A stretch of DNA of 64,000 bases. It comes from Klebsormidium nitens (Eukaryota > Plantae > Klebsormidiophyceae). The notes beneath the pieces are model-generated. The model saw only the letters and a list, made by a program, of their open reading frames with translations, ran no database searches and was not told the origin of the DNA. Shown in pieces: positions 22,235-34,668 of the stretch (position 1 is its first letter; each line of letters opens with the position of its first letter). A program made the translations under genes and the position numbers. The stretch covers positions 1 to 64,000 of the forward strand of contig DF237341.1 of assembly GCA_000708835.1 (NCBI GenBank). Direction: 5' to 3'.

Positions 22235-24132
22235 GCGCTGCGGCGGGAGGAGGCGCGGCAGCGGGAGGCGGACGCACACAGGGTGGGCAAGGAGGCGGAG
22301 GAGGCGCGGCGGTACGAGGCGGAGTACCGGGAGCAGCGGCAGCGGGTGGAGGAGTACAAGCGCAAGGAGGAGGAGAAGAAGAAGGAACAGGTGCGGGGGG
22401 CGAAAGGAGGGCCAAGCCGCTGGGCACGGTCCGGGCTTTGAAGATGACTGTGAAGCTTGATGTGTGGCTTGTGCAGGCTTGCTTTGAAGATCTTCAGTGG
22501 TCGACATTCCCCCGTTGATCCAGAGGTTCGTGTATAACCTGGTCAATTGCCATGCCATGGACATTCGAAGGAACTGGCTCCTGAGCTCTTGGCTTTACGG
22601 CAGTCAGCAGTTATTAGGTAGCATCTTTGTATTGCACCTGTAGATATCTCCTGACAGGCTTTCGAGATTGGGCAGATCTGGTAACAGTGATGCAGATATA
22701 ACACACCCCCACCCAATTGGGGACACAGATGCTATGAGATTATACTGATCATCGACTTTACTGGCAAGCGAATTGGAGATGAGATTGAAGGCCTTCGTCA
22801 AAATCGAAAACGGCGCTTTTCATTAGGATCCTCATAGGACTTGGTCCAGGACTGAAAGCAGTGGCAGGGTCTCCCTATCATCACGGGCAGTTGGGAGCAG
22901 CTGTCTGGTTTGAATACGATTTGGCGGTGCTTCCAGAAGAGCTTGGCTGAAGCTGGCTTCTTTTCAAAGGTGGCCGTCATCTTGGCCATCTCAGTGGAGG
23001 GCAAAGTGCCGAATTATCTTGCCACAAAAGATCGCATCTCGCCAGACAGGCCCTCACATCACCGGTTGCTAGGCTGGCCGCTCCGAGCCCTTTCGCGTGT
23101 GCATGCTTGTGCTGGCCGCGGCCCTCACGCATGCGTGCTTGCTGCCTGCAGGAGCGCCAGCGGGCGGCCAAAGCCGCGGCGGCCACGCGCAAGGCGGAGG
23201 AGGCGCGGCAGGAGGAGCAGCGACGCGCTGAAGCGGCAGAGCACGGGGACGACGACTCCGACGAGGGCGCCCCCAGGAATATGTGGCACCAGGTCGGCAT
23301 CCCCTCTCGCACGGCCCTCTCGCGGCAGCTGTGGAGCCGCTCACCCGCGAAGTCTCACTGCAATTCCTTCTTCTCTTCCAGTCCCGTGTCGCTTGGGCCT
23401 GCTAGTGGTGCGAGGTGCTGTGCGTCCTGTGCTGAATGCCTGGCCGCCCGGGCCGGCCCTGCTGATGCGCTTCTCACTGCTGCTCGCCCCCCGCAGGTTG
23501 CCGGCACTGTGGCGTTTGCGGTCGCCCTCTTCTTCCTGTGGCCAAAAGACTCGCGAAAACGGGTCGCCTCCCGCAGGTATGTGGCCCCCCACCCAAGGCT
23601 CGCCCTGCCGCCGCTGCCGCTGGGCCCCTGCCGCTCGGTGTGAGCGTCTCAGGCCCCTGCTGCCCGCCACGTCAGTCCCGCGTGCTGACCCTCCTGTCGG
23701 CGGTGCTGTGCTCCTGCAGGCGCGTCAAGGTCAGCGGCGGCCGGTACATCGTCCAGAAGGGCGACTCGCTGGAGACCATAGTCGGCCGCATGTGCTACAA
23801 CCCAGAATCCGACTTTTACAAGATGAACCCAGGGGTAGGTCATGCCAGCTACTCCTACCTGGGACCGTGCATCGGCAGTCTCGAATACCTTGCTTGAAGT
23901 ATGCAGGTGAATCCTTTGAGGTGCTCTTTCGGTCCAAATCTGTCCTTAGACCGTACGAATTGATTGGCTAAGCTTCGCAAGAAGTATACTGGGAGTGGGC
24001 TGCCAAATCTGAGAGCTGGCGTCTTCTGTGGCCCTCGATAGTGACGTGTCGGAAACCCGTTTCCACCTGCAGGTCTGTGATCGAAACACAATCTACCCAG
24101 GCCAAGTGCTTCGAGTACCAGAGTATCAGTAG
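22235..24132 (+). CDS. C-terminal part: coiled coil, transmembrane helix, LysM domain (probably the same gene as 18819-21684)
   Basis: Five in-frame exons: ALRREEARQREA...KRKEEEKKKEQ | ERQRAAK...MWHQ | VAGTVAFAVALFFLWPKDSRKR | ...YIVQKGDSLETIVGRMCYNPESDFYKMNPG | VCDRNTIYPGQVLRVPEYQ* (stop 24130-24132). YxVxxGDSL...NP...IYPGQxLxVP is the LysM consensus. Confidence 0.85.
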
Positions 24133-25095
24133 GGTGGTGCGGAACCGTCGGTTTGCGTGCTTCTGTAAGGCTTGGCGTCGTTGTGTGTGCCTTGGTAGGC
24201 GGCTCTTGTGCGTCACGTGATGCAGGCGCCCCTACCATCGGTAAGTGACCCGGACAAGCGAGGCGATGAAGGCTCCAGGAGATGTCATGTGATTGCAGGC
24301 AGTGTGTACGAAGAGTTGCAGTCATCCGGAGCCTGGATTCTATTCCGTCTTCGCTCTTTATCACAGATATTGAATCTTGGGGACTGCTGTTCCATGTAAG
24401 TTGACAGTTTACAATTTGCTAGAAAAGGTGACCATGCGGAGTTGCCCCCCTTCGGAGCTCTAGACGATTCTCTCCCTATGTTTCCTTGGGGACTCAACTG
24501 GCCATCTGAATGTTGCGATCTGCATGGAAGACCATGCATGATCTGTTTCATGCACGAAGGACCTACTAACTTAACAAATACGCACACGTATCATGCAGAC
24601 GTGAACCAGATTTGGCATGTATGATGCACGTTCACACACCATGGATGCTATAAGATTGATGCAACCCAATCTGGTCGCTGATGCTCCTACGTCTGGATTT
24701 GACACTTGTCGTATCACGGTTCATGGTAGGTAGGTTATAGTATGATTGCATCATGATCCAGATGTTCGCGGCAAATATATGTCCCCTTATCGACCGTAAT
24801 ATTCTGGCTATGTAACCTAGCTTTAATTCAATTCGCAGTATAGAGTGCTTCCTCATGTACGCACTAGCTGAATGCGAATTTCTAAGACGTCCCGAGATGG
24901 AATTTCAAACCGTGAATTAGCACGTGTTGCTAACGTCAGTGCTCTTCGATTTACTACCACATGTTTATGTTTTTGAAGCGCCTGTCAGGCGCTAGATCGC
25001 ATGAGACCATTGCCGCCAGCATAGAAAGCGAACCTTCCATGACTGACGAGATATAAGGGAGCCTGCATGTTTCGTCATATGCATGTACGCAATGT

Positions 25096-25135
25096 GCCAT
25101 GGATTGAAGCCTATGGCCGCACAGCCGGCTACGGC
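25096..25135 (+). repeat. Dispersed intergenic motif, copy A
   Basis: GCCATG..AAGCCTATGGCC...GGCTACGGC; also at 47349 and 55064. Confidence 0.5.
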
Positions 25136-25934
25136 TTTCCTGACAATGACCAGCTTATGTTTTGACTGTCTCATAGACTGTCGCGCATGCATGTCGAATT
25201 ATATAGGAATAGGCAGTGTATTGCCGGAAACGATTTAAGCAGCATGCAATGTCATGAAAAGGTAACTTCAAGTTGATGCACGACAGTAGCTATGCAGGCG
25301 CAACTCTCACTGGACAAGAATGATGAATGACCAGGCGACCGTCTACAGTATACTACCATCTATTGCAAAACTTGTTTGCTGCATTTCTGATCTAAGCAGG
25401 AGAAAGTCAACGGGGCCAATTGGAGCTAATTTTTTCCCAATTGACGAATTGCTACCGACCTTACTGCATGTGCCTAGCTTGTCTTACAAGAGAGGATCGT
25501 CCGCTTAAAATGCGTCACGATCTGTACATTGCACGGTTCGTAACGCGGGTTGCGGTTGATCGTGGTATCCTTTTGAGTACTAGTCTCTAGGCTTCTGAGC
25601 TGGACGGCAGCCACTGACTGACCAGGCGGCCGAGTACCGCGTCAAGGTGCAAAGCTGCGAACCAGATGTAGCGCTTGCACAATTCTTACTTTTCACGGGG
25701 ACCCTATGGATAAATCCTTTGTCTTAAAACTATACCTAGCCGTACCCAGTTAAGGGTTCACCTGAATGTTGAGGTCGAGGGAAGTGCGACCTCGTGTATC
25801 TTTTCAAGGGCATCACCTGATGCTCCTTGTTCTGCCTCAACATAGACTGGTCCTCTGCAAAAGGCTGCAACTCCTACCGGAACCCTGTTCCAACATGACT
25901 CTCTAAACACCTCTGTCAACTTCCCCCTCAATTG

Positions 25935-26039
25935 CATAATAGCAACACTTCCGTCGATCTTGCGTGCGTCATAATAGCAAGACTTCCGTCGATCTTGCCT
26001 GCGTCATAATAGCAACACTTTCGTCGATCTTGCGTGCGC
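25935..26039. repeat. Tandem repeat, 3 x 35 bp
   Basis: CATAATAGCAACACTTCCGTCGATCTTGCGTGCGT starting at 25935, 25970 and 26005, with 1-2 substitutions per copy and no spacers. Confidence 0.95.
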
Positions 26040-26056
26040 CACGGTCAACAACCGCG

Positions 26057-28878
26057 TCATGTGCACGCTGCACCGACTTGCGCTCCCTGTGGCGCCAGCG
26101 ATCCCGCCTGCTGCGCGCGCATCCAGTCCCAGCCCGCCGGGCCGACCTCCCCCCCCAGCTCGCGGATGACGGCGCCCCCCGCGGCGCAGCCCAGGCGGCA
26201 GCACTCCTCCAGCGGCCGCCCGCGCAGCAGGCCCGACAGGAAGCCGCTCGCAAACAGGTCGCCCGCGCCCGTCGTGTCCAGTGGCCGCGCGTTGGGCAGG
26301 GCCGGGATGCGCACCGCCTGTGCACACGACCCGCCAACCGGGTGTCAATCAAGAGGCGAGAGCATGGGAGACTCGTAGAGCAGGCAGAGGGGGAAGTGCG
26401 GGGTCCACGAGGTACAACGCGCGTCGGCAGTCCGTCCCCATGAGGAGAATGCGGAAGCCCTGGAGCTCAAGCCCCTCTTCAACATGATAGCCGCTCGGCA
26501 ACGGCCGAACCCCAACAACCTTTAACAACCGCCAGCAGCCGGCGACGGGCGAACTCTTCAGTTGATTGTCTTTGGAGCAGTCTTGTCAGCGAGTGTGCTG
26601 CAGGCTCCACCCATCGGTAGTCTCATTGAAAGTCTCGACGGTGAGACAGAGCGCCATCGCAAGGGCCCTCTCGGCGTGCCAGTGCGGGGGCCTGACCTGG
26701 CGGCCGGCGGTGCGGGCGATGCAGCCGCGCGGGCCGAGCATGACGACCACGGTGGGGCACCACTGCGCCAGCACGTCCAGCGCAGCCTCCGCAGCGCATA
26801 CGGGCCCCTGACCGGCATCCAAGTCCCTGCATATGAGCACGCACCGATCAGGGGAGAGGCGTCAGAGGCACAACAGACAGGATTGCCACAGCGGCACGTC
26901 ATCGCAGCCCCATGCAACTGGTTTTAAAAATCGACAACACATATGACGGCAACAACTGGCTGCACCACCCCGCAGCGAGGGCACCTTTGCCTGGCTGGCC
27001 CAGGCGTGGCTGACCTGACGAGTTCGCGCGCCTCGTCCTCGTTGGCGAAGCAGAGGTCCACCTGGCGCGACTGCAGCAGCGCCAGAAGCTGCGGCTTGAA
27101 TGCGCGCACCACCTGCGACAAGGGGCACTGCGTCAGCACACGACCAGGGGTTGGGGAAAGAGCAGGGCAACGCATACGCGAGCGGTGGCACAGGAAGCCG
27201 CTCCTCCGCAGTCCGACCTCGCGGCCACATCCGCTGCTCCGCCTCACCTCGAAGCTGGCAAAGTCGAGGCAGACGCGGGCCCCCGCCGCCTTGGCCAGGG
27301 CCACCGCGCGCTCCAGCAGGCCCGCGCCATATAGGGCGTACCCATTCGCCGCCAGCCACTGCACACACAAACTCGCTTACTGACACACAGGGGACAAACG
27401 GATTGCTAAGTACGGATGAGAGATTTGGGCTCTGACAGCGCAAAGAGGCCCAACACCGCAGCCTCCCCCAACAAACGCCTCTTCAGCAAACGTCGAGTGG
27501 AACCAAGAGGCCGCCTCCAACCCCCGTTTTGTCTTCTGGCTGGCTGTCCAGTGAGCGTACCTGCGCCCCTTCTAGGTCGTGCACCGTGAGCTCGTCCGCC
27601 TGCAACCGTACGGCGTCCTGCATGCATGTGCGCATCGTGCGGCCCCCCTCGTCGTCAACCAGGCACACACACTGCGCAGCAAGGCAGGCACCCGTGAGGC
27701 AGGACCCACCGCAGCTGTCTTCACAAGAGTGGCAGCGAATCCGCAGAGACAGCGCCCTCACGACGAAGGGGAAGCAGGAGGAAGCTGGCCACTGATGCCA
27801 GGGGGGAGTGCGCGGCCGGGACAAGGAGCCGGTCTCCTGCCGGCCCTAGCTGCGGTGATGCGCCAGCTGATAGTCCAACTGCGCTGCGCTCACCTGCCCC
27901 GTCAGCCCGGCCTTTCTACGGAGGCGGTGCAGCTCCACACCGGCCCCTGCCATGCTCGTGGCAAACCTGGCACACACAACAAGGATGCTCAGGGTGGATG
28001 CTTAGGCAACAAGCCCCGCTAGCAGAAGAGTTTTTGGTGCCCACCAAGAGCACCCGATGAGTGTGGTTCTTATCTCTTCACACCCAGAACAGACACACAC
28101 TCTAACAGACACGAGCCAGGGCCTTGATCAGATCTGGGCCGCGGAATAGGCTGTGCTCATCGGGCAAGGTGAGGCCCCGTTGCTCATGACCCCGGGCGGA
28201 GGCAGAGCGGAGAACAGCAGAGGGCAGCGTGGCGTACATGTGGCCCAGGTCATCGTCACCCGCAGCCCCCAGCATGACCGCACGCACGCCAAAGCCGCTG
28301 GCCAGCCCGCGCAATGTGTTGGCCACACTTCCCCCCGCCAGCGTGCGAATGCTGTGCCCCTCTGCAGCGGAGGCAGGGCAGGCGCGCACCCCGACCAGCA
28401 GCTGAGCCAGCGCCTCGGGAGACACCTGCAGGAGCGGCCCATGCAGCATTGGCAATGGTGCGCACGACAGCGGGGGGCACCTCGCAAGCTGCGCTGATGT
28501 CAGCCTCCCACTAGAGGCGGTGCGCATCATGAAAGCCACGTCGCACATTGACACACCGAACCCAAGCAGCTGGAGGCAAGCTGCAACAGTACCACCAGCT
28601 CAGCTCGAGTGCAACCACTGTTGCCAGCTGGAGTGTGCCAACGAGCAAGAGGGGCTGGAGCGCACCCGGACGGAGCCGCCCCGCTCCCCCGGGATGCTCT
28701 CCACAAATGCGGTGGAGACGCGCGCTGCGTGGTCCACCAGCGCCACCGGCTGCAAGCCCACCACGAGAGGCTGCTGTGCGCGGTCCTCCGGAGCGGCCAC
28801 CGGCGCCATCAAATGTTGCGAGACAGCATCGCACGAAGCATCCGCCGCCGGGTTGGCAGCACCCACTGGCATCGTCAT
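26057..28878 (-). CDS. PfkB/ribokinase-family carbohydrate or nucleoside kinase, about 8 exons
   Basis: VGLQPVALVDH...GERGGS, AGGSVANT, GAAGDDDLG, CLVDDEGGRTMRT, FANEDEA, VMLGPRG, DTTGAGDLFASGFL (PfkB signature 2). Confidence 0.93.
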
Positions 28879-29824
28879 GCCGAGCTTCTTGCAGGCACGG
28901 GAAAGGCGGCCCTAGGTAGAGCCTAGGTCAGCCCTTCCCAAGGCCCGCCACCACCGCTTCGCTTGTCACATGCATGGGTACATGTGCACAGGGCCGCGCT
29001 AGGGCTGCCACTGCACAGCATTCGTCGATTTACTACCATGTTGCTCCAGGCCCGTTGCCAGTGCCGTTTCTGTCGTCTTCTACACTGCTTTGCGGATCCC
29101 GTTTTGCCCAACCTGCTGGGTTAAATTATCTGTAGCTACCCAGGTCCCACATTGCCTCCAAGGACTCCTGAAATAGGTAGGTTGAGGACTACCACGTTCT
29201 ACCAAACCACACTTTCATATTGAGGGTGTCAAAGCGGTTTACGAATCCACAGCCGGTTTTATTGGCACTTCTGAACCGTCCAGTTCCAACAAAATCGCCG
29301 GTCAACGGCTGAGAGATGTCCAAAGCAATGAGCTAGTTAACATTACGAACATGAAGGTTTCGATGCCAGAGGAGTGCGCCTTGGATTTGTTGAACGGGGG
29401 AGTGTGAATATGCTATTGCCTCAAAGAATCTTGCTTGGGTAACGGTGAACCCACGTTGAAGCGGAGCGTTTCGTCATCGTATCATCCTTGAACACGGTGG
29501 AATCTCCATTGCGCGCCAGATACCGAGCTGCGAAAGGAGCATTTGAAACAGCTGGCGCCCCTGGAGGAACATGCTCATTGCTGAATGCAAGAGAGCAATT
29601 GACGCTGCTGGGGAAGGAACCGTATCTCAAAATATCTCCATTGCAGCAAGACGTTCCTCATGCAGTTGCTATAGCGTTGCGTTCTTGGTGAAGACGTTGA
29701 GCTGTCCTCTTGAGGTTGCGCAGCCTTCTCAATTACGCGGCTCGGACAAAGTGCTGTTTGAAAGTGAGAGTCATAGTTGGCTGCCCATCAGCATTGCTTT
29801 GCCAAGTATCTCCATCCTGGGAAA

Positions 29825-32800
29825 ATGGCCCGAGCGATGGTGGCCGCGCAGCTGTCTGCCCTGCCCATCGGGACCGGCGTCACAGGTTCGTGCTGCGCCG
29901 GGAGTGGCAGCTCCGCGCGCACCTGTTTGCTCCCTCGTCCAATGATGGCTCCAGTGCGCATCAAGCACAGTGTGCCTAGCCACAGCTTCTTGGGTACCTC
30001 AGAGGGTCTCCTGGGGGTGGCCCCCTGCGCGCCTGGCCGGGCCAGCAGCCGGGGCATCGCGGCGGTGGCGTCCTCCGAGGTGGCGGCCCCAGTGGCTGCG
30101 CAGCAGCCGGGCGAGGGGGCCAAGGAGGAGGTGGCACCTGTGAGGAAGGGGAAGCGCATTGCCATGTTTGTGGAGCCATCCCCATTTGCGTAAGTGTGCC
30201 CTGGCTAAGGCCCTCTCAAGTGATCGCGCATCTTGCAGCAGTCCGCAGAATGTATTGTGCCAGCAGGCAGATCTGTAAAAGGTTCAACCTCGCGCTTGAT
30301 TGTGACACTTCCAATCAAGCGCAATTTTCAAGTGAACTTGCTTCTGAACCGTGTGTATTGATCTTGTCGCTTGCTTGCTTGCCTTGCAGCTACATCTGCG
30401 GGTACAAGAATCGCTTTCAGAACCTGATCCGCTTCCTGCAAGAGCAGGGCGACGAGGTAGGTGGCCATTTTCTGCAGGAGACGACTACCTCCTATGCTCG
30501 GCACTGTCGACAGTTGACTGTAGTGTGTGCTATCTTTCAAAAGCAGTGCCTATCCTCTGACCTTTGTTATCCTTATGGTTCCTTCCTTTGTGTAGTCATC
30601 CTTTGTATAGTCACTCCGAACAATATGATGTCACCCTGTCCCGTCTGGGGCTCCCTGCCCGTGTGCTGCGATGCCTGATGGGAGTGTTGCTGGGCGTGTG
30701 TGCAGGTGCTGGTGGTGACCACGCATCATGGGGCCCCTGCGGAGTGGTATGGGGCCAAGGTGGTCCCGTCCTGGAGGTGAGCCATGCTCATGTCTTGGCC
30801 CATGCCAGGCAGGGGACCATCCCCTTGCCTAATCACCGGTAAAATCGTTGTGTGTGTTGTTACTCTGTTTGCCCCCACCTGCAGGCTACCTCCTGGTTGA
30901 CCTTCTTTCTCCCCCTCCCTACTTTGCTTGCAGTTTCCCCTGCCCCTTCTACCCGATCTTGCCGCTCTCGCTCGCTGCCAGCCCGCGCATCTTCAACTAC
31001 GTCAAAAACTTCCAGCCTGACCTCATCCACGTCTCCACCCCTGGCATCATGGTAAGGCCCTCATGTTAATCTCTGTTGACACAGTGAGAGGCATACGGTG
31101 CCAGGGGGCCTTTGGCACTCTGGAGGTCTGGCAGGGTCTGTTCCTTGGTCCCTTTGGTGCATCATGCCTGCACCCTTGCTTGTGCTGCTGCTAGCCGCTC
31201 ATGCTTCTAACCGTGGTGGAAAGTGTCCATTGGAATGAAAATCTACTGTTGTGCTGCAGTGCTTTGGCGCGCTGCTGTTTGCCAAGCTTCTGAGCATCCC
31301 CATCGTGATGTCGTACCACACGCACGTCCCCAAGTACATCCCCCAGTACACCTTCTCATTTCTGGTGGAGCCCATGTGGGCCGTCATCAGTAAGTTATGC
31401 CCAACTGTTGTCCTCTGCATCTTGTCCCCTGTCCTGCCCATTGTATTCAGGCCATTCAAGACCCCTCAGTCTGCTGTGCTGGTTTAAGTCGTTGTGGCCC
31501 TCACTCCTGGTTTGACCTGGGACTAACCTGGTGTGTTTGTGTGCCATCTCAGGGTTCCTGCATAACGCGGCCACCTTGACGCTGGCCACCTCAGAGGAGA
31601 TGCGCAAGGAGATGGTCAGCTTCGGCGCAGCGACAGGTACGCTGTCCATCTCCTAGCTCTGCGCCACCCCCCTGTCTCATTTCCATTGATATACTGCCCT
31701 AGCCTAGGGACTTGGTGCACTATTGTGCGGTTCTTTTTCTTTGACTGACGGTCTTGGTGGTCGTGCAGTGACCCGCATCAAGGTGTGGCGCAAGGGCGTG
31801 GACGCAGAGCTGTTCCACCCCCGCTTCACCAGTGCGCTCTGGCGGAACAAGCTCAGGTATATGCTTGCTCATACCCAGCTTCGCAAGTAGTTTGGAAAGG
31901 TCTCTGGACAGATCGTGTAGCTTCATCTTGCAGCTTCAGTCTTGTAGACCATGGGGTTCACCCTAATTGCGCGGTTAAGCAGGCTGTCCTTTTGTACGAA
32001 GGGTGAAAGTCAATTTTCATCATGGCTGCGGAAGTTACGACTTTTCTTGGTGATCGTCAGAGGCCAGTCTTTGACGCTGTTAGTTCCATAATGACAGTTC
32101 AACGAGGTCCTTGGAGCTGCCTGACTACTTTGAGAGTACCAGACCTTTCGCACTTGTTTCTCCTTGATCGTCTCGCACTTTCTCTTTCTCACCCCCTCAC
32201 ATCCTCTCCCATTTTTAAAACCCCCTTGCCTCTTCAGACTCGTCGACCTTTACAAAGTCTCTTCCCTCGCCTGTTGTATTCGTCATCAGAATTTCGACAC
32301 CTTGTGGTTCAAGAGGATTTTGAGCAAGATTTTCGCACTCACTCACGTTTGACCCTGGATAGCAGCCACCCTTGGGAGGAGCCGTATCACGACCATGTTG
32401 TAAGCGACACATCAACTAGACATCAGCGTCCTGCAGCCGCCTGCCTAATTTGCCACCTGTCCTGTTCTCATCTCCCCCCTTCCACATGGCTGGGCCTCAT
32501 TGCCTCCCCCGGTGCTTGTGCAGTGACGGGCAGCCTGATCGCCCGCTGATTGTCCATGTGGGGCGCCTGGGAGCGGAGAAGAATCTGCCCTTCCTCAAGG
32601 AGTGAGTCCTGCCTGCCTGCCTTCCTGTCGCCGTGTGCCTCTGATTGTCAGAACGGGAGGAGGGAGAACGTGGACTTCCGAACCAATACCTAAAGACCCC
32701 TCCTAGCTATAATCCTCGGGCTGCTCAGTTCCACTAACTTGGACCGTCGATTTAAGGGCTTCCATCCGTCCTGTCACCGTCCTCTCCGATCATTCTGCCG

Positions 32801-34668
32801 TCATGCCAAGAATTCGATCACGGTGCTGCCATCTCACTCCCACCAGACATTTCACCGCTGCCCTGTGTCGTCTCCAGGATCCTCCGCAGAATACCGGAGG
32901 CGCGCCTGGCCTTTGTTGGCGACGGCCCTGCCCGGTAAGCCGCCAACCTGCCCCTCGCCCAGGCAGGCCCACCGGGGTCCTCCATGCTCCGAATGTGTGC
33001 CCCACCCCGCGGTACTTTCCCGTGCCCGGCACACCTAGTGTAGGCCTACTCTAATGTCGGATAGTGCCAGTACAGAGTCCCCTGGATGAGAGCCGCTTCC
33101 TGCATGTCCCATCAGTTGATGTCCTTCTGACCCTCGCTGCTGTTCACTGCGCCAGGCCCGAGCTAGAGCAGCTGTTCCAAGACACACCCACCGTCTTTAC
33201 TGGTATGCTCTCGGTGAGTGGCCGCCCGCTCACCATTCTCGTTGGCAGACCAAAAGATGTCGACTTGGCAGTTTTGGCCGGCCTCTCATCAGACTTCCAC
33301 TTTCCGACGGGAAGCGAAGAGCTACTCCCTGCAGAGGTTTGGAGCGAAGCAGGGGGCAATAGCCCCATTAGTGGCCGGCCTTTGGAGTTGGTGCGATTCG
33401 GTCTGTTGCTCGTAGCCTTATGGAGGCTTATCGGAGCTCTTCTGCACGTGGGCGGCTTGAAATGAGAAGAAGATTCTGGCCACCTGCTGCTACTGCAGCA
33501 GCAAGGTGGTTGCGATTGATGACAGCCTGGAGGATCTGAAAATAATCAAAAACTCGTAAACGGCAGGTTCGCTGAAAATTTTTCTATCATACCGACCAGA
33601 AGATAAGAAGTAACTGAGAAATCGACAGCTTTTTGAAAAGGGTCTTTTCTGGATGACCGTCTCTGGGTGGGAGGTTACATCTCTGCCTGCTGCTCCTGGT
33701 GAGCGGTGGCGCCCTGCTTGCCTTCGTGACCGGCCTGGCCCTCCCCCACGGTCGGTTGGGCGGGCCTGCAGCCCGCTTCGTGTCTGTAGCACTGCCTGCT
33801 GTTTGTCCTGACTGCGCAAGTGCGGGGTTGGTGGTGGTGCAGGGCGAGGACTTGTCCGCGGCGTACGCCAGTGCGGACGCCTTCTTCACGCCCAGCGAGA
33901 GCGAGACGCTAGGCTTCGTGGTGCTGGAAGCCATGGCCAGCGGCACCCCGGTGGTCGCCGCGCGTGCCGGCGGGATCCCCGACATTGTTGACAAGGACGG
34001 AGAAACGGTGCGGCGCTTCACCACTCCCATCCGGCCCGCCCACTCTTGTAGTGCTACATTCCGTGGCCCACTCGAATCCGATAAAGAATTAGGAAGTCAC
34101 GGGACACTTTTCCTGGGAGGAACCTGTCAACATGGGGTATGCGAAACGTTGTGGCTCAGAATAAGACAGGATTATGGGGACGACAGCCAGGCGTATATGC
34201 AACATTGATTATGAGGGCCCCTGCGGACATACTAATTTTGATTGCTTTCTCCCATGTGTGTGCAGGGCTTCTTGTACACGCCAGGGGATGTCGACGATGC
34301 CGTGGCCAAGCTGCGGCGGCTCCTCTTTGACCGCGACTTCAATGCCAAGGTGGGAAGTGCCGCTTCTACTTTGAGTGCAACATAACTGGGAAAGCAACAG
34401 CAGTGAACTTTAGAAGGTGTCCTGCTGCGCCTTCTGGACTGCGTGCCCTCCAATGGTACTCGCCTCTGTCTTGCTGAAGCTCGCTCGTCTCGTGTTCCAG
34501 ATGGCGGCGGCCGGGCGTGCGGACGTGGAGAACTACGACTGGCGGGCATCGACGCGGCAAGTGAGCGAGGACGGGTACAACACGGCGCTGCGGCTGTGGC
34601 AGCAGAGCCGGCAGGCGACGAGCGACTGGTGGCCGTGGTGGACCAAGAAGGCCGAGTGGCAGGCCTAG
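29825..34668 (+). CDS. SQD2: Sulfoquinovosyltransferase (SQDG synthase, GT4), 13 exons, plastid transit peptide
   Basis: RIAMFVEPSPFAYICGYKNRFQN, PLSLA, SYHTHVP.YIP, WRKGVD, VGRLGAEK, VGDGP, SESETLGFVVLEAMASG.PVV..RAGGIPDI, YDWRAST. All junctions are GT-AG and in frame. Confidence 0.97.

Noticed and set aside
21005-22564. Long ORFs (519, 463, 310, 250 aa) in the track
   Set aside because: Artefacts of translating through the 550-N gap. The real frame after the gap starts at 22235 (ALRREE...).
25767-25842. TGTTGAGG...CCTCAACA inverted 8-mers resembling LTR ends
   Set aside because: Only 76 bp, flanks CTGAA/TAGAC give no TSD, no second copy.
25935-26039. 35-bp repeats as a CRISPR array
   Set aside because: No spacers, head-to-tail tandem, eukaryotic context.
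31990-32440. Compositionally distinct stretch with a 175-aa ORF in an SQD2 intron
   Set aside because: No TE termini, TSD or protein motif; the ORF reads as low-information intron sequence.
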